NCBI GenBank assembly: GCA_965228735.1
Contig: OZ245838.1
Location: 3,552,001 to 3,616,000, forward strand
Reading direction: 5' to 3'
DNA length: 64,000 nucleotides
Source: Planctomycetota bacterium
GTDB lineage: Bacteria > Planctomycetota > UBA1135 > UBA2386
Positions 39,539-48,809 of the stretch are shown here, in pieces. The notes below the pieces were generated by a model. That model searched no databases and was not told the DNA's origin. It worked only from the letters and a program-made list of their open reading frames with translations. Position 1 is the first letter of the stretch; every line of letters starts with the position of its first letter. Made by a program: the position numbers and the translations under genes.

Positions 39539-40299
39539 GTGTGCCGCAGAAACCCGGCGCCACCGACTGGCTGCACGTCTACCTGCCGCTCGGCTGCAAG
39601 AACGGCGACAACTGGACGCCCGTCGGCGGCGCGTTCCTGCTGCTCGATCAGCCGATGCTCTGGCTCGTGACCGCGACCTCGGCGATCACGGCGGCAGGCG
39701 GCGCACCGGTGTCCACCTGGGTGCGGACCGCGGACGGCGTCGTGTTGCTCGACGTCACGGACAGTCAGCGGCGTTCGGGGCTCGACTGGATCCACCACCC
39801 CGCGGGCCTCAGCGCGTCGCTGTTCCCCGCCGACCCCAAGTTCAAGCTCAAGGCATTCACCGAAACGCAGTGCACCCGCGTGCGCAACCTGCGACCGCTG
39901 CAACCCGCAGCCGCGATCGGGCAGCTCTATGGTGCCGACTTCGACCCGTCTCCCGCCCGCTCCCCGGCGGTGCTCGACGGCATCGTCTCGGCGGTCGATG
40001 AACGCAGCGGCGCGGTCCTCGCGACGGCGCCGCTGCTGCCGCGCAACGCCGGCGCGCCGTTGCTGCTGGCCTCGCCCTACGGCGGCGACGTGACGCTCGC
40101 GGGCGTGTTGCTCGACAACTCGATCGTCCACGAGGCGGACCCGCGCACGCTGCCCGTCCGACTCAGCCGTTCGATCTGCGTCGACGCCGCGCTCGAGTTG
40201 ATTCGCGGCGACGATGCGAAGACGCAGCGGGCGCGAGTCACGGCGTCCACCGAGTCGGCGAACACGCCGAACGCAGACTCGACCGGAGGCGACTCGTGA
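39535..40299 (+). CDS. Trypsin-like fold protein lacking the catalytic triad; candidate immunity/chaperone
   Basis: GGAFLL..LVTATS, HHPAGL, GIVS, PRNAGAP align to the trypsin-like G.GF / LVTA.H / HP.D / GNSGGP motifs. Confidence 0.6.
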   Translation: MSVPQKPGATDWLHVYLPLGCKNGDNWTPVGGAFLLLDQPMLWLVTATSAITAAGGAPVSTWVRTADGVVLLDVTDSQRRSGLDWIHHPAGLSASLFPADPKFKLKAFTETQCTRVRNLRPLQPAAAIGQLYGADFDPSPARSPAVLDGIVSAVDERSGAVLATAPLLPRNAGAPLLLASPYGGDVTLAGVLLDNSIVHEADPRTLPVRLSRSICVDAALELIRGDDAKTQRARVTASTESANTPNADSTGGDS

Positions 40300-40811
40300 G
40301 CACGATCCGCGTCGGACCCGCGCGCGTGCTCGAGATCCTTCCCGACGGGCGCCCGCGCGTGCAGCTGCTGACCGGCGACTGCCGGCGGCTCGTCGCGGAC
40401 TGGGCGCTGCCGTTCCGCTACGAGCCAGCCACCGCCGATCTCCTGCTGACGATCCACCGGGGTGATCGGGCGTGGGTCACGGGCGTCGTCACGGGTCGGG
40501 GCCACAGCCGCCTCGCGTTCGCGGGCGATGTCGAACTCGCGGCCACGGGCGAACTCGCGGTCGGCGGCGCCGGTGGCGTCCGCATCGCCGCTCCCGAGGT
40601 CGCGATCCACGCACCGCTCCAGGAATGCGAATCCGAAGAAACCGTTCAACGGATCGGTGATCTGGACACCACGGCTACGCTCGCGCTCGACGAACGCGCC
40701 GGGGAGTGCGAGCGCACGATCGACGGCGACGACGACCAGCTTGCCGCCCGCCACAGCACGGTGGCACGGCATCGGGTGAAGATCGACGGCGAGTTGCTGC
40801 GCCTGAGCTAG
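40296..40811 (+). CDS. DUF3540-like protein (copy 2)
   Basis: Paralogue of 29720-30313: PFRYEPATADLLL and C-terminal ARHRVKIDGELLRLS. Confidence 0.75.
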   Translation: MSTIRVGPARVLEILPDGRPRVQLLTGDCRRLVADWALPFRYEPATADLLLTIHRGDRAWVTGVVTGRGHSRLAFAGDVELAATGELAVGGAGGVRIAAPEVAIHAPLQECESEETVQRIGDLDTTATLALDERAGECERTIDGDDDQLAARHSTVARHRVKIDGELLRLS

Positions 40812-40973
40812 CGAGCGAAGGCTGCGGCAACCGGCCTTTCTGCCCGCAAGCTTGCGACACTCACCCGGCATCGGTCTGATCGGCGGTCCCCCCGGACGCG
40901 CCACCCGTCCGGCCTCTCTCATGCCTCGACGTCCGCGCTCGGTCCGCCACGGTGGCCCGGCGCCGAAGCTCCT

Positions 40974-41558
40974 GTGTCCGCCATCCCGCACCCGCTGAAC
41001 CCGACGGCCTGCGCCGAGCTGTTCACCGTCGTCTACGACGACCTCCAGCGCTACGCGGCGGCCGAGCTGCGGCGGCGACCGGCGACCCACGAGCTGCAGC
41101 CGGACGACCTCGTGCACGACGCGTTCCTGCGCGTTCGCGGCCGCAGACTCGCGGTCGCCGCGGAGCAGGTCGCGGCCCGCGCCGGCTTCTTCTCGGCCGT
41201 CGCTCGCGTCATCCGCGATCTGCTCGTCGAGAACGCGCGCTACCACGCGGCACTGAAGCGTGGCGGTCCTGGCCGCGGCTCGAACCGAGGCTATCGCACC
41301 GGCCTGCCAGCCGCGGTCGCCGAGTCCGACCCGCGGCTGCTCGCGACCGAGGTCGGCGTGCTCGACCTGCTCGCCCTCGACGAGGTGATGCACGAGCTCC
41401 GAGCAGCCGACGAGCGCCTGCACGAGATCGTGATGCTGCGCTTCTTCGCGCATCTGTCGCACGCGGAGATCGCCGGACTGCTGCAGGTCTGCGAGCGCAC
41501 GATCGAGCGCGGCTGGCAGCGCGCGCGGACCTGGCTGCGCCGCCGGCTCGGCGAGTGA
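40974..41558 (+). CDS. ECF-type sigma factor (planctomycete TIGR02999-like)
   Basis: VYDDL...A, HELQPDDLVHDAFLR, LVENAR...ALKRGG, LLALDE, LRFFA.LS..EIA.LL.V.ERTI.R.W..AR.WL. Confidence 0.9.
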   Translation: MSAIPHPLNPTACAELFTVVYDDLQRYAAAELRRRPATHELQPDDLVHDAFLRVRGRRLAVAAEQVAARAGFFSAVARVIRDLLVENARYHAALKRGGPGRGSNRGYRTGLPAAVAESDPRLLATEVGVLDLLALDEVMHELRAADERLHEIVMLRFFAHLSHAEIAGLLQVCERTIERGWQRARTWLRRRLGE

Positions 41559-41621
41559 CGGCTGAATTGCGAGAATTGCCTCCCCGGCAAGCCGGCGTTC
41601 TGTTTTCCTCACTGCCGCGCG

Positions 41622-43265
41622 ATGGGCAGTAGCGACGACACAACCGGACTCTGGAGCACCGGCGTGCGCCTGTTCGACGGCTGCCCCGAGGTGCAGCTCG
41701 CGGTCGATCGCAGGAGTCCGGCGGACGACGAGATCGCCCAGAGCGTCGACCCCGATCCGAACGCGCGGTGGCTCGAGTTCTGGCCGGCCGACGCACAGCG
41801 TCGCCCGCTGCTGGCCCGCCGGACGGATGATCCCGGCGCACTCCTCGCGGTCGCGGTCGCCCGCGACGACGCGCCGGCGATACCGGAGTCGCCGTCGGAG
41901 TCGCCGCCCGAGCCGACACGCTGGCCAGATGCGAAGGACCGCGGCGTGCTCACGCCGATCGCGGCGACTGCAGCCGGCCAGGAGATGGTCGCGACGACCT
42001 ACTGCGCGCGGACCGGCCGCTTCTTCCACCCGTTCTGCCCGGAATCGATCTCCGCGCTGCGCACGTGCCGCAACGACGAACTGCTCGGCGGCTGGGGACT
42101 CGAGCCGTTCTCGACCAGCACGGTTCGATACTCGGTCGGGATCGGCGCGATCGCTGGCCAACCGCGCTCCGTCTACACCTCGTCCGAGTCCGGCGGCGAC
42201 GGCGCCGTCGAGGGCCTGGCCGTACGTCGCCGCAACGAGCTCTACCGCGACTACGCCGGCCTGTGGCAGCGCGGGATTGCCGGTGACCAGGCCGAGTTCC
42301 TCGCGCGCGAGTTTCCGTGCTGGCAGTGCGAACACCGGACCGAGTGCTACGGCCCACCGGCCGAGGACGGTCGCATCGAAGCGGAGAATCACCTCGTCAC
42401 GGTCAACTACCACGATGCCGAGGTCCGCGTGTTCGTGGGCTTCGAGCTGTCGTTCGACGCGCTCACGGCGCTGCTCGGCGGCACGCGGGCATCAAACGTC
42501 GCCGACCGCGTGCTGCCGTGGCCGGCCCTGGACGAGCACCGCGGCGCCACGCTGCGCGCACTCGACGCCGACCGCCAGTGGCTGACTCCGGGCGCCGGCG
42601 GCGCAGCGATGACTGCTCCGATCGCGGCGCAGTTCGCCAACGAGGTCGCGAGCGTCAAGCTTCGGCAGTTCGCGCAGCTCTGCGAGACCCTCGCGGCCGA
42701 GCGACAGCGACTCGACCGCAGCGATGTCGGCCTCTTGCCGGAGCGGGTCCGCGCGCGCTTCTCCCCTGGCGGCACCGGCCTGGTCCCGGCTCGCTGGACC
42801 GCGGACGTGCGCTTGCTGCCCGCCCCCGCGGATTCGAGCGCGGGCGACCTCGGGCTCGTTCTCGCTCGCCTGCTCTGGCAGAACGACACGTGCGACAGCG
42901 CAGCGGTGGCGACGCTGACGAGCGCGATCGCCGCGACCCCGGCGGACTCGCCCGACGACGTGCTCGACGCGATCCTGCGCGACCGCGCGGAGTGCGGCAG
43001 CGCCGCCGTGCTGCACGAACGCGAACACCGCGACGCGGCTGGTGCCGCCCCGATCCCGCCCGTGCTCTGGCGCGATGCGCTCCGCCTCGTCCTGCGCCTG
43101 CTCGCTCCGGGCGGCGACGCCGACCTCACCGCCGTCGGCGCCGCCGCGATCGAGCTCGCTGGCCGGCTCGAGGTCGAGGCGTTCGGCAACCGCGCCCGCC
43201 GCACCGAACTGCACGCCGTGCTGCTCGCCGAACTGCGCGCGCTCGAACGCTCTTCGGGGGCCTAG
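41622..43265 (+). CDS. Cys-rich hypothetical protein (possible metal-binding region + degenerate kinase-like region)
   Basis: YCARTGRFFHPFCP..LRTCR, FPCWQCEHRTECY; long ORF with normal codon bias. Confidence 0.6.
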   Translation: MGSSDDTTGLWSTGVRLFDGCPEVQLAVDRRSPADDEIAQSVDPDPNARWLEFWPADAQRRPLLARRTDDPGALLAVAVARDDAPAIPESPSESPPEPTRWPDAKDRGVLTPIAATAAGQEMVATTYCARTGRFFHPFCPESISALRTCRNDELLGGWGLEPFSTSTVRYSVGIGAIAGQPRSVYTSSESGGDGAVEGLAVRRRNELYRDYAGLWQRGIAGDQAEFLAREFPCWQCEHRTECYGPPAEDGRIEAENHLVTVNYHDAEVRVFVGFELSFDALTALLGGTRASNVADRVLPWPALDEHRGATLRALDADRQWLTPGAGGAAMTAPIAAQFANEVASVKLRQFAQLCETLAAERQRLDRSDVGLLPERVRARFSPGGTGLVPARWTADVRLLPAPADSSAGDLGLVLARLLWQNDTCDSAAVATLTSAIAATPADSPDDVLDAILRDRAECGSAAVLHEREHRDAAGAAPIPPVLWRDALRLVLRLLAPGGDADLTAVGAAAIELAGRLEVEAFGNRARRTELHAVLLAELRALERSSGA

Positions 43266-43285
43266 GCCAGGCTAGGAGCCTGCAA

Positions 43286-44095
43286 ATGCGGGACCAGTCG
43301 AAGATCACGAGCATCGCGCGCGGCCTCACGGAATGGGCCGACCGCCCGGCGAACGCGCGCTTCCTCGGCACCGAGCAGCAGCGCGTACTCGAGGAGCACG
43401 GCGACGGTCCACAGGCGCCGGTGGCGGCATGGATGCTCGGCACGTGGCGGCTCGGTCACGGCTTCGCGCGCGTGCTCCGCGGCGAGGTTCGGGGCTTCGA
43501 CGAAGCCCGCACCGGGCAGGCGCTGCGGCGGTGCTCGCTGCTGCTGCGCGATCGCAGCCGCCAGCGCGATCGGCGCCAGGCGGCGGACCTGCCGTTCTCC
43601 GTGCCGCAGCTCGCGATGACGGCGCTGCTCGGGCTCGCGCTCGACGACCCCGGAGGCGAACCGGTGTACGACGCCCTCACCGCGCTCCCCGATCGCGCGT
43701 TCCAGGGTCAGGACGAACTCGCGCTCTTCGCGCGCGAACTCGTCCGGCTGCGCAACGGTCAACGTGGCACGATCCCGCCGCAGCTCGGCGAGTATCGCGA
43801 GGTGCTGCTGCACTGGCAAGGCGACGACCACGTGCTCGCCCTGCGCCTCGCGGCGATGCTCGACCGTCACCTGCGCGGCGTGGAGCGCTCGGGGTCGCTG
43901 TTCGAAGACCCTTCGAGCCGGCTCTACCCCGTCGAGGCGCTCGCCGTCCGAAACGTGCGCCGCTGGCTCGAGCTGAAGACGCCGAAGATCGACCACGCGT
44001 TGATGTTCACCAATCTCGCGACGATGCGCCCCAAGGAAGAATGGCCGCAGGACCCGCTCGTGCGGCAACTCGAACGCCGCACCCGGCAGCGGTGA
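43286..44095 (+). CDS. Helical hypothetical protein, immunity-protein-like
   Basis: AGGAG RBS; C-terminal F..P...YPVEALAV..VR..L.L..P.IDHALM recalls polymorphic-toxin immunity families (unverified recollection). Confidence 0.6.
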   Translation: MRDQSKITSIARGLTEWADRPANARFLGTEQQRVLEEHGDGPQAPVAAWMLGTWRLGHGFARVLRGEVRGFDEARTGQALRRCSLLLRDRSRQRDRRQAADLPFSVPQLAMTALLGLALDDPGGEPVYDALTALPDRAFQGQDELALFARELVRLRNGQRGTIPPQLGEYREVLLHWQGDDHVLALRLAAMLDRHLRGVERSGSLFEDPSSRLYPVEALAVRNVRRWLELKTPKIDHALMFTNLATMRPKEEWPQDPLVRQLERRTRQR

Positions 44096-44164
44096 ACGAA
44101 ATCCGCTCGCGTACGACACCCGGCCTGGGACAATCGGGGTCCGGAGTTCACCGCGAAACGCCGC

Positions 44165-44995
44165 ATGCGCAACAACGTCCAGCAGCTGGCCGCCGAACGC
44201 CGCATCGTGCTCAAGCAGGAGCCGAGCTCGGTCGTCGAACTGCTCGGCACCGGGCCGGCGACCGTCGTGCGCAAGACCTACACCAACCGTGGTGTTCGCC
44301 GGCTGCAGTCGTTCGGGCGCCGCAGTCGCGCGCAGCGTGAGTTCGAGAACCTGCGGGAGCTCGAGGCGCGGGGAATCCGGTGCCCGAAACCCGTGGAGTG
44401 GAGCGCGCGTCAGCGCTTCGGTTGCGTCGAGAGCTCGGTCATCGTCACGCGCTTCATCCCGGGCTGCGACACGCTCAAGGGTGTGCTCGGCGGTCTGCTG
44501 TCCTGGCGCTCGCTGCGCGAACGGCAACGGCTCGCCACCGCGGCCGGCGCGCAGCTGCGCACGCTCCATGCGCGCGGCTTCATCTGGTGCTCACCGATGC
44601 CGCGCAACGTGCTGGTCGTCGTCGATCTGCTGCGCAACGCCCCCCCTCACGCGCTCCTCGCGGTCTGCGACGCCCCCCGCGGCTTCACGGTGCGGCGACC
44701 CCAGGCCGGCGGGCGCATCGCGCTCATCGATCTCTTCGACGCCGCGTTCTCGCCGTCGCGGCGACGCGACTGGTCCCGCGCGGAGCGCTACCGCTTCCTC
44801 CTCGGGTACTGCAGCGGTGATCGGCAGGAGGCGCAACGACTGTGGCGAGCGCTGACGGCGAGACCCGTCTGGCAGCACGAGCTCACGCGCTCGCTCGCGA
44901 TGCTGTGGCACAACTACCTGCTGCGACCCATACGATCGGCCTGGCCACGGCGTTCGACGCGGCGCGGTCAACGATCGCCGCACGGAGTCGGATGA
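44165..44995 (+). CDS. Lipopolysaccharide kinase family protein (Kdo/WaaP/InaA-like)
   Basis: VRK.Y, SRAQREFENL..L...GI..PKP, LH..GF.W....RNVL, LID. Confidence 0.75.
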   Translation: MRNNVQQLAAERRIVLKQEPSSVVELLGTGPATVVRKTYTNRGVRRLQSFGRRSRAQREFENLRELEARGIRCPKPVEWSARQRFGCVESSVIVTRFIPGCDTLKGVLGGLLSWRSLRERQRLATAAGAQLRTLHARGFIWCSPMPRNVLVVVDLLRNAPPHALLAVCDAPRGFTVRRPQAGGRIALIDLFDAAFSPSRRRDWSRAERYRFLLGYCSGDRQEAQRLWRALTARPVWQHELTRSLAMLWHNYLLRPIRSAWPRRSTRRGQRSPHGVG

Positions 44996-45699
44996 ACCCC
45001 GAACCCGCTGGCGAGCCCGATATCACGCAGCCGATGGCGGCGAGAAAGCTCGCGAACTACGCGAGCACCCGCGGCGCCACGGCGTACCGCAACGACCACC
45101 GCACGAAGCTGCACCGCCGGTGGTCCGATCGGCGAGAACGTACGCTGCTGCGACGGCGGCTCCGCGGGCTCGGGACGGTCGACACCATCCTCGACGTGCC
45201 ATGCGGCCACGGGCGTCTGCAGGACCTGTTCGCGGATCATTGTCGCCGGCTCGTCGCGGCGGACTGGTCGCCGTCGATGCTCGACCTGAGCCGCGAGACC
45301 GTGACCCACCACCAGAAAGGCGCGCAACTCTGCCGGGCCTCGGCGCTCGCGTTGCCGTTCCACGACCGCGCGCTCGACGTCGTCGTGAGCATCCGACTCT
45401 CGCATCACCTCGAGAGTGCAGAGCTGCGTGAACGGCATCTGCGGGAACTCTTCCGCGTCGCCCGCCGCGCCGTGATCGTGACCTGGTTCTCGGCGACCTC
45501 GCTGAAGAACCGATTGCGACAGCTGCGCGTCCGGCTCGGCCGCAAGTCCCCGAAGCACACGTTGCACAACGATCGGGTCGTCGAGATCGCGGCCGCCGCG
45601 GGGTGGCAGACCGTCGAGCTCGCGCCGCTGTTCCGCATCGGCTCGGGTCACGTGCTCGGCACGTTCGAACGCGGGCCCGACCAGAACGACGAATCATGA
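44992..45699 (+). CDS. Class I SAM-dependent methyltransferase
   Basis: ILDVPCGHGR, ADWSPSML, LPF.D..LDVV..IRL.HH. Confidence 0.88.
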   Translation: MNPEPAGEPDITQPMAARKLANYASTRGATAYRNDHRTKLHRRWSDRRERTLLRRRLRGLGTVDTILDVPCGHGRLQDLFADHCRRLVAADWSPSMLDLSRETVTHHQKGAQLCRASALALPFHDRALDVVVSIRLSHHLESAELRERHLRELFRVARRAVIVTWFSATSLKNRLRQLRVRLGRKSPKHTLHNDRVVEIAAAAGWQTVELAPLFRIGSGHVLGTFERGPDQNDES

Positions 45700-46127
45700 G
45701 CGCGACCCCACTGCCGTTCGCGATGCAGCGCATCGTGTTCTTCGGGCTGTTGTTCGGCATGACCGCCTACGCGATCGCGGCCGCGATCATGCTGCAGCAG
45801 AACGGTGGCCACGGCCTCGGCACGGCGCCCGTGCCGTGGCTCGACGACGCGGCACTCCAGGTGGGCATCGTGAGCGCGGTGCTCGCCCTGCTCCTGCGCG
45901 TCGGGCTCGGCTTCCTCGCCAACCGTCGGACCGGCGCGCGCCGCGCAGGGCTGCTGTTTCACCGCACGCTGGTGCCGCTCATCCTGCTCGAAGGCGGCTG
46001 TCTCACGGGCATCACGGCCTGGCTGATCAACGGCAACGCGGTGCCGGCGCTCGCGGTCGCGCTCGTGCTGCTCGCGTTCGCGATCGCGATCGTGCCGTTC
46101 CAGGACCCCAACGCACAGCAGCCGTAG
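45696..46127 (+). CDS. Small integral membrane protein (4 TM)
   Basis: Four hydrophobic segments; ATGA overlap with the upstream gene. Confidence 0.75.
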   Translation: MSATPLPFAMQRIVFFGLLFGMTAYAIAAAIMLQQNGGHGLGTAPVPWLDDAALQVGIVSAVLALLLRVGLGFLANRRTGARRAGLLFHRTLVPLILLEGGCLTGITAWLINGNAVPALAVALVLLAFAIAIVPFQDPNAQQP

Positions 46128-46142
46128 CCGACTCGTCGGGGG

Positions 46143-48725
46143 CTATCTGGTGAGCCGGAGCACGATCCGGCGCGCGACCTCGACGTCGTCGGGCGCAGCG
46201 ATGGCGTAGCGCGCGAGATCCACCGACAACAGCAGCCGCGATTCGCCGCGGGCATCGGTCACGAAGCGACAGCCGCCGAGCGCCCACTCCGGACCATCCG
46301 CCACGGTCACCGTCGCCCCGGCAAGCGGCAGATCGAGATACGCACCCGGGCCGACGATCGCCGGCACTCGGGTATCGCCGAACAGCGCCCACGGCACGCT
46401 CGAGTACGTGAGCCCCGGCGCCACGAGCGCGTCGACCTCGTGCAGCGGTCCCTTGCCGACCTCCTCCATGAACCACATCGGCGCCGGGCGCAACACGGCC
46501 TCGCTCGCGAGCGCGATCGTCCCCCCGTCGGTGTCGATATCGACCGCGACGGTCGGGCCCTGCGCTCGTTCGCCCGGCAACCGCAACGTGAGCATCGGGT
46601 CCCCGTAGTAGACGAGCGACGTCCATTCGCGCCGCATGGCGAGCGCGTAGTTCTCGAACGGCTCGACGCAGCGGAACGGGCCGCGTTCGCGGATCAGCAG
46701 GTCGAGGTAGTTCTTGGCGTGCCGGAACGCCGCGCCGACCGTCATCGGCCCCGCCGTTCCGGGGGCGAGTCCGAGCATGCCCTGCAGCAGCTGGCGCAGG
46801 AGGAACTCCTCGGTGTCGGGGAACCCCGCGCGCGTGTTGCCGACGTAGCCGAGCGCGCCCTGCTCGAAGAAGGAGTGGACGATCGAACGCCCGAACGTGA
46901 CCTCGTAATCGAGCCCGGCCGAATCGCAACCGGCACCGACGATGAGCGGGGCGCCAGCCAGGACCGGGACCCCGTGACTGCCGGGCGCGCGTCCGGCATG
47001 GCGCGGCGGCACGAGCTGCTCGCTCTGCCACGCGCCGTCCTCGCGAGTCAGGCGAAACTGCCACCCGTCGGGTCCCGAGTGGTGCGCGAACACGACGAGC
47101 GGCGCGGTCGCCATGGCTGCTACTGCGCGCTCGAGACCGCCGGCCTCGCGCAGCAGCAACTCGCACTCGCAGTCGACATGGTCGAGGTCGGCCGCGACAC
47201 CGCGCAGCAAGGCCTCGAACGACGGGAAGATCATCGGCAGTCCGAGTTCGATCTCGTCCTCCTGCCAGGCCGGATAGACCAAGGCCGGGTTCTTGGCCGG
47301 GCCCGAGACCCAGTGCGGTTGCGTCGCGAGGCGCGCGGCGAGCGCGGTCGACTGCACGTGGCTCGACGCGACGAACCGCCCGACCGCGATGTCGAGATAG
47401 CCGTCGCGGTCGGGGTCGGCGTAGAGATTGTCCGACGCGAGCTCTTGCTCGTGCATCATCGAGTCCGCGTAGACCGGGTCCTTCACGTAGTCGAACGGCA
47501 CCTCACGGTGGTCGCCGGCGACCAGGAGAGCCCGCGGGATCACCCCCGCCTCGGCGTAGAGCCGCGTCAGCTGGTCCGCGATCGTCTCGGCGGCCGGCGC
47601 GACGCGGATCGCGCGTTCTTCCCGCATCGCGTCGTGGAACTTCGTCGTGCCGACCGCACCGATGAGCCGCAGCGAGATCGACCAGTCACGCCCCTCGATT
47701 TCGTGCACGGTGCCGACCTCGACCTGCTCCGAGTCCGGCTCGAGAACCCCATCGCCATCGAGATCGATGATCGGGTCACCCCACCGCGGCGTCTCACCGC
47801 GCACTCCCGCGCCCGAGCCGACCTGCGGCACGGCGACGAGGATCTCGCTCGCACCGAGGTCGAAACCGCCGAGCAGCCAGGTTTCGGCCGGATGATCGGC
47901 GAGTTCGTCGGGCGGCGTGCGTTGCCGCAAACGCGCGTGGTCGAACACGACCTTCTCGTGGATCAGATGCAGCACGCCGCGGTGTGCCGCCGCGAGCGCC
48001 GCCGCGCCGAGGGGCGTACCGGTGCCGTACGAGCGCGCCGCACCGACGTTGGCGATCGCGAGATACGGCGCCTCGTCGTCGCGCAGTGCGGCAAGTCGCG
48101 CGGCGATCGGACCGAACTCGCGCTTCACCGTGATCCCGTTCGGCACGAACGCGCGCGCCCGGTTGTGGAACGCATGCACCCGTTCGACCCCGAGCCGTTC
48201 GACCCGCTGGGTGATCGCGGTATCCGCGACGAGCAGCGGCAGCCGCAGCCGCGCGGCCTCGACCGCCGCCTCGAGCTGGTCGTGCGCGTGCACGGACACG
48301 AGCACGACCTCGGCACAGTCACCGTAGAGCTCGCGCGGCTCCGCGACGTGGTGCACGGCGCGTTCGCCGAGGCCCTGCGGCGGCGCCCCGACGCACACGA
48401 CCGCGGCGGCGGGCAGGCGCGCGAGCAGGTCGATCTGGATCGCGGTGAGTTCCGCGTCCGTGAGCATGCACACCGGCGTCCCGACGAGTGCGCTCGCACT
48501 CAGCCCCTGCGCGAAGCGCCGTTGATCGGCGAGCGTGTCCTCGGTCCGACGGACCAGGACGATCCGCCCCGGTCCTTGATGGGCCGGTTCTTGGTGGGCC
48601 AGTTCCCGACGAGCCGGTTCTCGATGGGCCGGCTCGGGGCGGGCGGCAGCGGGCTGCGGTTCCTGCGCCATGAGCCCGGAGGCCGACAACAGACCGGAGA
48701 GCAACGCGCCGGCGAGGATCACCAT
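46143..48725 (-). CDS. Exported C25 (gingipain-like) cysteine peptidase
   Basis: Signal peptide; LLVAGD...VPF, SDNLYAD.D.DG..DIAVGR, FAHHS (His), GAGCDS (Cys), GALGYVG, YYGDP. Confidence 0.8.
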   Translation of the reverse strand: MVILAGALLSGLLSASGLMAQEPQPAAARPEPAHREPARRELAHQEPAHQGPGRIVLVRRTEDTLADQRRFAQGLSASALVGTPVCMLTDAELTAIQIDLLARLPAAAVVCVGAPPQGLGERAVHHVAEPRELYGDCAEVVLVSVHAHDQLEAAVEAARLRLPLLVADTAITQRVERLGVERVHAFHNRARAFVPNGITVKREFGPIAARLAALRDDEAPYLAIANVGAARSYGTGTPLGAAALAAAHRGVLHLIHEKVVFDHARLRQRTPPDELADHPAETWLLGGFDLGASEILVAVPQVGSGAGVRGETPRWGDPIIDLDGDGVLEPDSEQVEVGTVHEIEGRDWSISLRLIGAVGTTKFHDAMREERAIRVAPAAETIADQLTRLYAEAGVIPRALLVAGDHREVPFDYVKDPVYADSMMHEQELASDNLYADPDRDGYLDIAVGRFVASSHVQSTALAARLATQPHWVSGPAKNPALVYPAWQEDEIELGLPMIFPSFEALLRGVAADLDHVDCECELLLREAGGLERAVAAMATAPLVVFAHHSGPDGWQFRLTREDGAWQSEQLVPPRHAGRAPGSHGVPVLAGAPLIVGAGCDSAGLDYEVTFGRSIVHSFFEQGALGYVGNTRAGFPDTEEFLLRQLLQGMLGLAPGTAGPMTVGAAFRHAKNYLDLLIRERGPFRCVEPFENYALAMRREWTSLVYYGDPMLTLRLPGERAQGPTVAVDIDTDGGTIALASEAVLRPAPMWFMEEVGKGPLHEVDALVAPGLTYSSVPWALFGDTRVPAIVGPGAYLDLPLAGATVTVADGPEWALGGCRFVTDARGESRLLLSVDLARYAIAAPDDVEVARRIVLRLTR

Positions 48726-48809
48726 GATCCCGGAGTACCGCGCGGGCCGGCCCCCGTCCAGTAACCCACCGTCCAGCGGGGCCAGCGCCGTCGGCTGATC
48801 AGAACCGGG

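Noticed and set aside
10500..41000. T6SS as a recently acquired genomic island
   Set aside because: No integrase, transposase, tRNA or flanking direct repeats seen, and codon usage looks like the surrounding genes.
44165..44995. Kinase as the missing T6SS PpkA
   Set aside because: Motifs fit the Kdo/WaaP/InaA LPS-kinase family, it has no TM or periplasmic domain, and it is coupled to a methyltransferase.
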